Shown: piece by piece, positions 19,341 through 28,601 of the stretch
Layout of the letters: each line of letters opens with the position of its first letter
Position numbering within the stretch: position 1 is the stretch's first letter
DNA from: Acidobacteriota bacterium
Lineage (GTDB): Bacteria; Acidobacteriota; UBA6911; RPQK01; JAJDTT01
Direction of reading: 5' to 3'
NCBI GenBank assembly: GCA_965263035.1
Contig: OZ253580.1
Coordinates: forward strand, 1,472,001 to 1,536,000
DNA: 64,000 nucleotides
Notes under the pieces: generated by a model
Told to the model about the DNA's origin: nothing
Databases searched by the model: none
What the model saw: only the letters and a program-made list of their open reading frames with translations
Made by a program: the position numbers and the translations under genes

Positions 19341-21488
19341 ATGCTAATGAGCCATTTGGCGAAAATGAAACCCTTTTCCAAGCTTCTGATATCGACCTGG
19401 TTCCTCTGCATGTGCTCCGTCAACCCATCCGAGGCCTCTCAATCCTTGCGCGTTCTCCCCGAAAGGATCAACCAGGTGGAGACCAGGAAGATGGTTCGCC
19501 ACTATATGCTGGACCAGGCCGGGAAGGCGTTCCAGCGTCGCGAAGCGGCGTTCGAGGAACTCAAGACTCCCGAGCAGATGCGCGAGCACCAGCACCGCAT
19601 GCGGGAATTCCTGCGGGCCCAGCTCGGGGACTTTCCCGACCGGACCCCGCTCAAGGCTCGCGTCGTGGGTCGCCACCAACGCGACGGCTACAGCGTCGAG
19701 CGAGTCCTGTACCAGAGCCGTCCCGGGCACACCGTCACGGCGCTCCTCTATCTCCCGGAGGGGCCGCCCCCCTACCCCGGGGTTCTGATCGCCTGTGGAC
19801 ACGCGGCCAACGCCAAATCGTCGGAACTCTACCAGCGCGCCGGTGTCCTGCTGGCCCAAGGGGGGATGGCGGCTTTGTGCTACGACCCCATCGGTCAGGG
19901 AGAACGCCACCAGATTCTCGAACCGGACGGACGGCCCCGCTTCGAGAACGGAATCGAGCACATGTTGGTGGCGGTGAGTTCCATTCCGCTGGGACTCAGC
20001 GCCGCCACGTACCGGATCTGGGACGGGATCAGGAGTCTCGACTATCTGACGAGCCGTGAGGAGATCGATCCGGATCGGATCGGACTCACGGGAAACTCGG
20101 GAGGCGGACTGGTGACCACTCTCCTCATGGCCCTGGACGAGCGCATCGCCTGCGCCGCGCCATCGTGCTACGTCACTCACGTGAAGGAGCTGCTGCACAC
20201 GAACGGGCCAGGAGACTCGGAGCAGCAGGTCTACGGCGAAATCGCCCAGGGTCTGGGCCACGCCGACTACCTCATGATCCGGGCCCCGAAACCGACCCTC
20301 ATCTGTGCCGCGACCCGCGACGAAGTGTTCGACATCTCGGGATCGTGGCGGACTCTGAGAGAGGCCAAGCGCTTCTACGGACGCCTGGGTTATCCGGAAC
20401 GGGTGGACTTGGTCGAAGCCGACGTGACCCACGGCTTCTTCCGCCCCCTGCGGGAGGGGATGGCGCGCTGGATGCGGCGCTGGCTGCTGGGGATCGACGA
20501 CGGCCTCCGGGAGGACGATTCTCCTCTCCTGAGTGACGATGAAGGGTCCACGCAGGAGTTCATCGTGGCCCAAGGGGCGGACTACAGCGAGTTCAACCGG
20601 GTTCGCCTTCCCGTGATCCAGTGCAGCCCGCGGGGCCAGGTGCAGCTCATGGAGGGCGCTCGCTCCGTCTTCCAGTTCAATCGGGAACGGGAAAAGGAGC
20701 TTGCCGTTCTGAGGCGCGCCTACTGGAAACGAACTCCGAGAGACGAAGCGCTGGATGAGGTCCGGCGCTTGGCGGGAATCCGCCGTCTCCACGAACTGCC
20801 CCCCTTGACGACGGAAGATACGGGAACCCTGAGCCGTCCCGGGTACACGATTCACAAGCTGATCCTGCACCCGGAGCCGGGCATCCGGCTCCCCGCCCTG
20901 CGCTTCGTGCCCGATGCCGGCAGCCGCGATCTGGTCCTGTACCTTCACGGACAGGGCAAGCAGGTCGATGCCGGTCCGGGCGGTCCCATCGAAAAGCAGG
21001 TGCTGGAAGAGCGTGAGGTCCTGGCCGTCGATCTGCGAGGCGTGGGAGAGACGGAGCCGGCCAAGGGCAAGTGGGGCTACGGTCCGCTGTTCGGACCGGA
21101 CTGGGAAGAATTCTACATGGCCTACATGCTGGGCCGATCCTACCTGGGGATGCGGGCCGAGGAAATTCTGGTGATCGCCCGCAAATTGGCGTCCGCCTCG
21201 GGGTCCGGCACCGCACGCGGAGTTCACTTGGTGGGAATCGGCGAGGCCGGACCCGCCGCCCTCCATGCCGCGGCTCTGGAGCCGGCGCTGTTCGACTCAC
21301 TGGAGCTGCGCCGGTCGCTGGTGTCCTGGTCCAACGTGATTCAGACCGAGGTGCCCGTCAACCAGTTGGTGAACACGGTCCACGCGTCGTTGCAGAAATA
21401 CGATCTGCCCGATCTTCTGAAGACCCTTTCCGGGATGAAGGTCAGGGTCGTCGAACCGGCCGACGGCGCCGGTGAGCGGTTACGTTAG
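19341..21488 (+). CDS. Alpha/beta-hydrolase, acetylxylan esterase-like (two hydrolase domains)
   Basis: CGH, YDPIGQGER, GNSGGG nucleophile elbow, second domain DLRGVGET; start may be 19365. Confidence 0.8.
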   Translation: MLMSHLAKMKPFSKLLISTWFLCMCSVNPSEASQSLRVLPERINQVETRKMVRHYMLDQAGKAFQRREAAFEELKTPEQMREHQHRMREFLRAQLGDFPDRTPLKARVVGRHQRDGYSVERVLYQSRPGHTVTALLYLPEGPPPYPGVLIACGHAANAKSSELYQRAGVLLAQGGMAALCYDPIGQGERHQILEPDGRPRFENGIEHMLVAVSSIPLGLSAATYRIWDGIRSLDYLTSREEIDPDRIGLTGNSGGGLVTTLLMALDERIACAAPSCYVTHVKELLHTNGPGDSEQQVYGEIAQGLGHADYLMIRAPKPTLICAATRDEVFDISGSWRTLREAKRFYGRLGYPERVDLVEADVTHGFFRPLREGMARWMRRWLLGIDDGLREDDSPLLSDDEGSTQEFIVAQGADYSEFNRVRLPVIQCSPRGQVQLMEGARSVFQFNREREKELAVLRRAYWKRTPRDEALDEVRRLAGIRRLHELPPLTTEDTGTLSRPGYTIHKLILHPEPGIRLPALRFVPDAGSRDLVLYLHGQGKQVDAGPGGPIEKQVLEEREVLAVDLRGVGETEPAKGKWGYGPLFGPDWEEFYMAYMLGRSYLGMRAEEILVIARKLASASGSGTARGVHLVGIGEAGPAALHAAALEPALFDSLELRRSLVSWSNVIQTEVPVNQLVNTVHASLQKYDLPDLLKTLSGMKVRVVEPADGAGERLR

Positions 21489-22318
21489 CTCGCTGGTCGC
21501 TACTGCTGGAAGCGTGACGCTCCTGCACGAAACGAATCCAACCTGAAGACTATCCGCTCCTGGCCTTGCGGGTGAAGTATTCGGCGTTGGCGGGAAATGA
21601 ACTCAGGCGCTGCATCAGATCGTTTCGTACGCCCCGAAAGGCGTCCAGATGCTGCGGATTCACCGGTTTCTCGGGTGGAAACCGGAGCTTGGAGGGGTTC
21701 AGGTACCGACCGCTCCGATCCTGGATCCGATAGTCCAGGTGGGGTCCCGTGGAGAGGCCGGTGGATCCGACTCTCCCGATGACCTGCCCCTGATCCACGC
21801 GCTGGCCATGGCGCACCTGGACTCGGGACAGATGCGCGTAGCTCGTGGAATATTGTCCGTGGCGGATCCTCACCATCTTCCCATAACCCCCGTTGCGACC
21901 GGCAAATGCGACGGTGCCGGTGGCGACCGAGAGCACCTCGGTGCCGGTGGGTGCACCGTAGTCCACCCCCAGATGCGGACGCCGCCGTTTCAGTACGGGA
22001 TGGTATCGGGAGTAGGAGAAGCCTGAAGTGATGCGCGGATCGAACTTGAAGGGCACCCGGAGGAACGCCTTCCGCAAGGAGTTCCCCCCCTCGTCGAAAT
22101 AATCCTCCTTGCCCGTCTTGGGATCCGCAAACAGGAATCCGAAGAAACTCCTGTCCATCTGGTCGAAGCGGACGGCCAACACATCGCCGTACTTGACGAA
22201 CCGGCCGGCCCGGTACTTCTTCTCCACCAGCAAGGTGATCGAATCCTGGCGCTGCAGCTGGGTGAAGTCGAGGTCCCAGCCAAGAATGTCCAGGACCTTG
22301 ATCACGAGCGCGTACTGC
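21079..22318. repeat. 1,240-bp direct repeat, left copy
   Basis: Aligns to 28192-29431 at a constant offset of 7,113 bp at both ends. Confidence 0.95.
21550..22318 (-). pseudogene. 5'-truncated duplicate of the M23 peptidase gene
   Basis: Near-identical to the C-terminal part of 28663-29952 from QYALVIKV onward; the N-terminus is replaced by island DNA. Confidence 0.85.
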
Positions 22319-23087
22319 AACGCTTGTGGATGCAATCGGACTGCGTACAGTGGAGCAACCCGACCAGAAGGTATTCGTGATAGAGGAAGCAATACTGCTA
22401 GCAGCAACTGGCGATGTCGGTTTGTCACAACGACTCCAAACAGCCGTTGCAATGGTGTGGAGTGGTACCCGCTCGTCTGTGAAACGCAAAGACCACACCA
22501 TCATTGCCAAGGCTGTCACTACTAGCGCGAAAAAAGATTTGGCAGACACTGGCCTCCAAGTAGGGTCACAAATCCCTCCCAATAACAGGGCTCCGCTGGG
22601 TGCGTTAATAGCATTCCCAACAGAGAAGGATCTGCACCTGTATGAATATCCAGTAGGAGACCTGCAACCGACACAAAAAACTAGAGGACTCTGGCATGTA
22701 TCTATGGGCAGCGGGCAAATGCTGTGTGATCCGTTTCTAGGTTTCTTGCGAAGGATATTTTGGCCAAAAGTGCAGCCGACTCTAAGCGAGGGAATCTTCG
22801 CCGTGACGTGGGCTCTACAGTACGCAATAGACCTCAACACCGGCGGCATTGATGGGCCAATACAAATTGCTATACTCGTGCCTAAAACACACGACGTGCC
22901 CACCAAGAAACGCGGTAAGAAGGGCAATCAGATTAGGAATTATGAAGCGCGATTGCTGCACGAAAGGGAGTTAGGGGAGCACATCCAAAAGGTGGAAGAA
23001 GCCGAAAAGCACCTGGGAAAGTTGCAAGATACGTGGGAGGATGACGGCGAACCAATGGAGACCCCACCGTCCCTAACTGTTCAGTAG
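22319..23087 (+). pseudogene. N-terminally truncated proteasome-beta-like (Ntn-hydrolase) protein
   Basis: KVFVI, ATGDVG, VSMGSG, AIDLNTGGIDGPIQIAIL; lacks an N-terminal Thr...GADS segment and begins at the repeat junction; visibly more AT-rich than its flanks. Confidence 0.55.
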
Positions 23088-23112
23088 GAAGCGTCCCCGC
23101 CACCTGAATGAT

Positions 23113-25108
23113 CCCAGATTATTCATGGAACATGTTGATAAGGGCTTCCAACCCGGCGTTTTCGTGCGGTCGGAGCCCGGTTTCTCTTGAAGCTCTGTCG
23201 ATTCGACTGAATCGGCTCAAAAACAGGACGATTGAACCAGTCATAAACCGTTTTCCGGCCAGGGGGACCGTCACCCGCCGACAGATTGACTTTCCGGTGA
23301 GAAATCCCCACCGTTTCGGTCCCTTCCACGGGCCCGATGCCTCCTCCGTCCACTATCCCGGCGCCCAGGACACCCGCGCCAGTCTCTGCCACAACTCCTT
23401 CCAGTCCGTCGCCCCTTGACTGATGACGAAAATCAATCGCCTCCCCTGACGTAGCGCCCGACTCGCCACTCGCAACACCCGCTCGCGAAAACGACGCAGA
23501 CTCCAGCCCCGACGCGTCGCCTGCTCCATCAGCACCCGACCCAGGTGCAGGATCTCGTACCCCAGAAGATTCAGCAGGAACAAGACTTCGTTGTGGGGTC
23601 GAACGCCGGCCTCCGTCCTCGCTTCCGGCTTCGCTTCCGACTTCAGCGGTTGGCCCCGATAGTGCGTCTTGGGCCGGCTCGCGGAGGACAAGGCCGGATC
23701 GAGCACGTCCATCAACTCCCCCATGTGCCCTTCCGCCTTCCCCCGCTTTCGATACTGTGTCAGCAACGCTTCCGCCTCATAACGCTTCCGGCTCAGGCTC
23801 GTCAGCAACCAGAAATGATCCGGATACAACTCCCCCGGTCGCTCCCGCACCACCAGCACCACCCGGCGCGCCCGATCCCAACTCTCCGCCTGGTAGGTCA
23901 GCTCATGGAACCAGAGCCTCGGCGGCTCTTTCGGGGATCGCCCCGCCGGCTGGGTCAAGTAGGGCTTCGCCATCCGGTTCAGGACCTCATTCTTGCGGAT
24001 TCGAGCGATATAGGGCACGCTTCTCGACTCCAGCCCCTTCAGCAGCCCCGGCTCCGGGAACCCCGCATCCATCCGCACGATCATCGAGCCGCACAGACGC
24101 CCCCGACAGCGGTCCACCACCCGCAGCGTCAACTTCAGCGCCTTTTTCCCCAGGTAGCTGGCTCCCGGAAAAATCTCCCCGTCGATCAGGTCCCCCGTCT
24201 CGGCACAACTCGCCACCAACCCGTGGTACATCCGCTGGCGATAGTATCCGTTCCATTCGCTTCCCGGGGGATGCCCATGGACCTCGACCGGGAGACCGTC
24301 CACGTCCAGGTACATCGTCTTTTTCCGTCTCTTCTTCCGTGGGGTCTTTTTCCCCCGTTTTCGCCGCCGGCCTTCGATCATCTCGATCCGACGGCACGCC
24401 AGCTCCGTCACCGCCTGGTGCAGGACCGAAAGGTTCTCCTCCCGGCTGAGCGTGTCCAGCAGTCGGGACAAGGTCGGCTGCGATGCCAGCCCCTGGCCCT
24501 CCTCCAAGGCCGCCGTGCCCCGACGGGTCTGGCTCGCCACCCGCAAGCTCGGATCCTGACGCAGGCGGTCGGCGTCGGACTGGTCGCGCCAGCCCTGACC
24601 CAGCAGCAGGAGTCGAGTCCGCAGCAGATCCGACAGCGGATAGCGGATCGAACTCGGGTGTCGCGGATCGTGCAACCGCTCGGTCAACCAGTCGATGAGG
24701 CCGCTGCGCTCCATCAGCTCCCGTTGCACCAGGGCTCCCGTGTCCGCACTGAGCAACTCGGGGCGGGTCTCGAGGCGGAGGGATCGGTTGAATGAGGGCC
24801 GGATCTGCGGTATCGTCTCAGGCATGGCGTGCTCCGTTTATTGTGGTTGTTTCTTAGCACTATAATCATACCACAAATGACGGGCACGCCGTCTCTTTAT
24901 GCCGCCCTTGGAGGGGACGAAAACCGTGGAAATGCTTGGGTTTCGGCCCCACTTGAATCCTGGGGTTAAACCGACGTTGAAAACAAATATAGCGTTTCAC
25001 CCAGGTCGGATCCCATCCGTTTTCTGTGGGTATCCCGTAACCCTCTGATCCGACTCGACATGACGGGCACGCTTGCTCATTTTATGTTTGCGTGATGAAT
25101 AATCTGGG
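23113..25108 (-). mobile_element. Complete IS1380-family insertion sequence (1,996 bp)
   Basis: 14-bp perfect TIR CCCAGATTATTCAT / ATGAATAATCTGGG; 5-bp target duplication ATGAT at 23108-23112 and 25109-25113. Confidence 0.92.
23353..24825 (-). CDS. IS1380-family DDE transposase
   Basis: LSADTGALV, LASQPTLSR, LDVDG..VEVHG, RMDAGF, YRKRGKAEGHMGEL. Confidence 0.92.
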   Translation of the reverse strand: MPETIPQIRPSFNRSLRLETRPELLSADTGALVQRELMERSGLIDWLTERLHDPRHPSSIRYPLSDLLRTRLLLLGQGWRDQSDADRLRQDPSLRVASQTRRGTAALEEGQGLASQPTLSRLLDTLSREENLSVLHQAVTELACRRIEMIEGRRRKRGKKTPRKKRRKKTMYLDVDGLPVEVHGHPPGSEWNGYYRQRMYHGLVASCAETGDLIDGEIFPGASYLGKKALKLTLRVVDRCRGRLCGSMIVRMDAGFPEPGLLKGLESRSVPYIARIRKNEVLNRMAKPYLTQPAGRSPKEPPRLWFHELTYQAESWDRARRVVLVVRERPGELYPDHFWLLTSLSRKRYEAEALLTQYRKRGKAEGHMGELMDVLDPALSSASRPKTHYRGQPLKSEAKPEARTEAGVRPHNEVLFLLNLLGYEILHLGRVLMEQATRRGWSLRRFRERVLRVASRALRQGRRLIFVISQGATDWKELWQRLARVSWAPG

Positions 25109-25167
25109 ATGATCCCGGTTTTAGAAGGTTGATGGCTCAGAGCCGAGGGCGCAGGGTCAAACATCCC

Positions 25168-26492
25168 ATGGAAAGTACAAACTGGAAGAGCAGGACCATG
25201 TGGACCGGGGACAACCTGGACATCATGCGGGGCATGAACTCCGCGTGCGTTGACCTGATCTATCTGGACCCACCCTTCAATTCTAACCAAAATTTCAGTG
25301 CGCCGATTGGCTCCCTGGCCGCCGGAGCCGCGTTCAAGGACACCTGGACCCTTCCGACCTCGACGTGGCCTGGATGGGCCTCATAGCGGACAGGGAGCCG
25401 TCCCTGTTCTCGGTTTTGAAGACGGCTCGCCTGACGACCCATGGGAAGAGCATGCAGAGCTACCTCTGCATGATGAGCGTCCGCCTGATGGAGATGCGCC
25501 GGATTCTCAAGCCGTCAGGTTCCGTCTACCTGCACTGCGACGACACGGCGGACGGCTACTTGCGGCTGGTCATGGACGCCGTGTTTGGCCGGGACAACTT
25601 CAGGAACTCCCTCACGTGGAGAAGGTCCACGGCGCACAATGATCCAGGGCGCTACGGACGCAACACGGACACTCTCCTGTTCTATTCCAACGGAGAGAAG
25701 CCGACCTGGAATCCCACAGACGCGGCCACGCCCAAAACTGACGCCCAGTTAAAACAAGCGTATCCAAGTGCGGATCGACGAGGAAAGTACAGGAATGCCG
25801 ATCTTACCGGAGCAGGAATCAGACACGGTGAGAGTGGCCGTTCTTGGAGAGGCTTCAATCCAACCCACAGTTCACGTCATTGGGCCGTTCCGATTATCAG
25901 CTCTTATGCCGCTTGGATCGAAGAGGCCATAATTCCAAATTACCGAAGCATTGAGGGTCCGCATGACCGGCTGGACGCATTGGACCAAGCCGGAATGATT
26001 ATCCACCCTTCCGGGAGAAGGAAATGGCCCGGAATAAAACGCTATGCCGAAGCGGACCAGGGTAACCTCCCTCAGAGCTTAATAATGGAGCCCATCGGGT
26101 TCACCAATTACAGCAGGAGCAAAGAGCGCGTCGGCTACCCAACCCAGAAACCCTTGGCCCTCCTGGACAGGATCATCAAGGCCTCTTCCAATCCCGGAGA
26201 CATGGTGCTGGACCCCTTTTGCGGTTGCGCGACAGCATGTGTGGCAGCAGAACGTCTTGATCGGAAATGGGTAGGGATAGATATTTCCGAAAAGGCCGCC
26301 GAACTGGTTCAGGTCCGCATCCGCCAAGAAATCAACCTGCTGCACCTGTTCCGTCCAATTCACCGCAAAGACATTCCACTAAACGGGAACACTAGCGAAA
26401 GAAACTTCCCCCAATCACCTCCGTCCTTGCGAAAGAGTACAGTAGGCACCGACGTTCACGGGGGAAGTGGGTTTGTCAAGTTCTCTGGATAA
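25168..26492 (+). pseudogene. Frameshifted beta-class N6/N4 DNA methyltransferase
   Basis: Frame 1 has GDNL..LIYLDPPF; frame 2 has SVYLHCD, YPTQKP, VLDPFCGCAT; a single-base shift near 25351-25354 joins them. Confidence 0.85.
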
Positions 26493-26498
26493 TCCCCA

Positions 26499-26527
26499 AA
26501 GAAAAAGGGGTCGCCGAAGCGACCCCT
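26499..26527 (-). terminator. Rho-independent terminator of the ankyrin-peptide unit
   Basis: Minus strand AGGGGTCGC-TTCG-GCGACCCCT followed by TTTTCTT. Confidence 0.85.
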
Positions 26528-26559
26528 CAGATACTAGACTCCAACTCGGTCGGCCGGAG

Positions 26560-26784
26560 CTACCCGTACAGGCAGTCCCAGTATTCCGCGAAACATCTCG
26601 CGATCATGTCATCGTAGACGTAGCGGCACTGGGATTCTTCATTGCGGCTCATGCAGTCCCAGTACCACCAATCGGCGTAGTTCGTGCACATGGCGAGAGC
26701 TTGCTCGCAGAGACCGGCGTAAGCGTTGCCGGCAAGGAGGAGAACCACTACGAAAAGGACTGTCGTGGCGATTTTCTTGTTCAT
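26560..26784 (-). CDS. Secreted six-cysteine small protein (23-aa signal plus 51-aa mature peptide)
   Basis: MNKKIATTVLFVVVLLLAGNAYA signal with AxA site; TAATG coupling to the upstream gene; followed by a terminator. Confidence 0.8.
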   Translation of the reverse strand: MNKKIATTVLFVVVLLLAGNAYAGLCEQALAMCTNYADWWYWDCMSRNEESQCRYVYDDMIARCFAEYWDCLYG

Positions 26785-27581
26785 TATTCGTACCTTTCTG
26801 GAATTTCTGGAATTGACATTGGTCTTGCGCGTTTCATCGCGTCCATCAGAGACACGATGGTTTTGCTGGCGATTTCCGGTGCCTCACGCATCCGCCTCAT
26901 GGCTTCCGCAAAGTCAGGTTTGGCAGCAAACGCTTGCTCCTCCGTGAGCCCATCCTCCGTGAGCCTCTGATTCAGAAAGTCCTCTCCCCGGACCTTGATC
27001 GTTCCGCTGATGTTCATTTTCTTGGCAACATCGTAGGGAAGTTGCCCGTCAACGTTCCGCATCCAGGGGTCGGCTCCGCCGTCCAGAAGCGTCTGGATCA
27101 GCGCATAGGTCTCCTCGGTGGGCCGCGTTACCGCTACGTGAAGCTGCCGGTAAAGAGGCGTGTGCCCAAACTCACCATGAACGTTAGGATCTGCTCCGGC
27201 GTCCAGCAGAGACCGTACCTGCTCGACCGTGTAGGCGTAGAACATGGGAGTCTCGTTGCAGTTCTCCAAGTGGGAGGCGTCCGGGTCAGGAATTCCATCT
27301 TCCGCCGCGTGAGTCAGCAACTCGATGCAGGCTTTTACGTTGGACGGCAGTTCCGTCCGCTTCATGAGTCCTGCTGTCTCTGGAGGGCAGCCCACGCAAT
27401 CAGAGTCCCGCCGGGTACGCCGGAACGATGTGGAGTGCGGTGGGGTCGGCAAAGGAGCTTGAGACACTTCATGCTCCGTGTGTGGAGTTGGTTCGGGTTT
27501 GCGACTCGGTCGAAACCACAGACCCACAAGCAAGATTAGGACCAATCCCCCAGCCCAAAGATGCCATTGAGCAAATTTCAT
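26784..27581 (-). CDS. Membrane-anchored ankyrin repeat protein
   Basis: N-terminal TM helix; ETPMFYA..VRSLLDAGADPN, GHTPLY..LLDGGADPW, GQLPYDVA ankyrin-type repeats. Confidence 0.8.
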   Translation of the reverse strand: MKFAQWHLWAGGLVLILLVGLWFRPSRKPEPTPHTEHEVSQAPLPTPPHSTSFRRTRRDSDCVGCPPETAGLMKRTELPSNVKACIELLTHAAEDGIPDPDASHLENCNETPMFYAYTVEQVRSLLDAGADPNVHGEFGHTPLYRQLHVAVTRPTEETYALIQTLLDGGADPWMRNVDGQLPYDVAKKMNISGTIKVRGEDFLNQRLTEDGLTEEQAFAAKPDFAEAMRRMREAPEIASKTIVSLMDAMKRARPMSIPEIPERYE

Positions 27582-27766
27582 TCCTGTTCCTTCCGTTAGT
27601 CGTGAGTAAGAGGCGTCACGATCGGTCGGGCTCGGCGTGTCCTACCAGTTTCCTGGTCGGTTCGCGTCAAGCCCTAGGTAAGATCAGGAGGAGGACTGTC
27701 CTTGGGTGCAGACGAGGTCGACTGTCAGGGTGTGGGGAATCTGATGCCCAGCCGACCACGCAACTT

Positions 27767-27795
27767 TTTTTAGCACACACTTCACCGACTGTCAA
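27767..27795 (-). promoter_or_regulatory. Putative sigma70 promoter of the ankyrin-peptide unit
   Basis: TTGACA, 17-bp spacer ending in TGC (extended -10), then TAAAAA. Confidence 0.6.
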
Positions 27796-27863
27796 GGAGA
27801 ATCGAGGGCGATCTCACTCTGTTCAATTGTGGAGTGCTCTCCACGACGTGAGGAGAGGGGAGA

Positions 27864-28191
27864 CAGGGTCTTCGTTGTCCTTGGCCCAAGCGGACGGGGG
27901 ATCAGGGGTGGCGGGCCATGGACATGGAGGTCAGTCCGGCCAGAAGGGACCGGTTTGAGGCCCCAATGGGGCCGAAACGACCGAGACCAAACCTGAGGAT
28001 TCCCGGATCGAGGGCCGGTTCGTGGAGTTGGGACAGGAGACGGCGCCGACGGCTGGGTCAGCCCGGCTCGGTGAGAGCGCGGATCGCTTGGTTCCGGTCC
28101 ATGGCGAAGTGCTGAACGGCGGCTTGGACCTGGGTGAAGCCCCGATGGAAAATGATCGCCAGCCCCGTCTGGTTGACGATCGCGTTGTTGG
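27864..28191 (-). mobile_element. Remnant of an ISAs1-like element (transposase C-terminus and right end)
   Basis: Minus frame ending at TGA 28058 reads GPSNNAIVNQTGLAIIFHRGFTQVQAAVQHFAMDRNQAIRALTEPG; CAGGG-type terminus at 27864. Family assigned from recalled similarity only. Confidence 0.5.
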
Positions 28192-28601
28192 ACGGTCCGT
28201 TGTTCGGAGCGGACTAGGAAGAATTCTACATGGCCTACATGCTGGGCCGATCGTACCTGGGGATGCGGGCCGAGGAGATTCTGTCCATCGCCCGCCATCT
28301 GGCCTCCGCCCCGGGGTCCGATGCCGCAGGGAAGGTTCACTTGGTAGGCATAGGCGAGGCCGGACCCGCCGCCCTCCATGCCGCGGCCGTGGAACCGGCG
28401 CTGTTCGCTTCACTGGAGCTGCGCCGGTCGCTGGTGTCCTGGTCCAACGTGATTCAGACCGAGGTGCCCGTCAACCAGTTGGTGAACACGGTCCACGCGT
28501 CGTTGCAGAAATACGATCTGCCCGATCTTCTGAAGACCCTTTCCGGGATGAAGGTCAGGGTCGTCGAACCGGCCGACGGCGCCGGTGAGCGGTTACGTTA
28601 G
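28192..28601 (+). pseudogene. 3' fragment of a second allele of the esterase gene
   Basis: Matches the C-terminus of 19341-21488; TGG (Trp) changed to TAG near 28215; no 5' part. Confidence 0.85.

Noticed and set aside
21550-22452. Functional 300-aa second M23 peptidase
   Set aside because: Its first ~44 residues are the antisense of the island gene across the junction; it lacks the native TM anchor and N-terminal domains.
22319-28191. Prophage or integrase-driven genomic island
   Set aside because: No integrase, phage structural genes, tRNA target or short att core were found.
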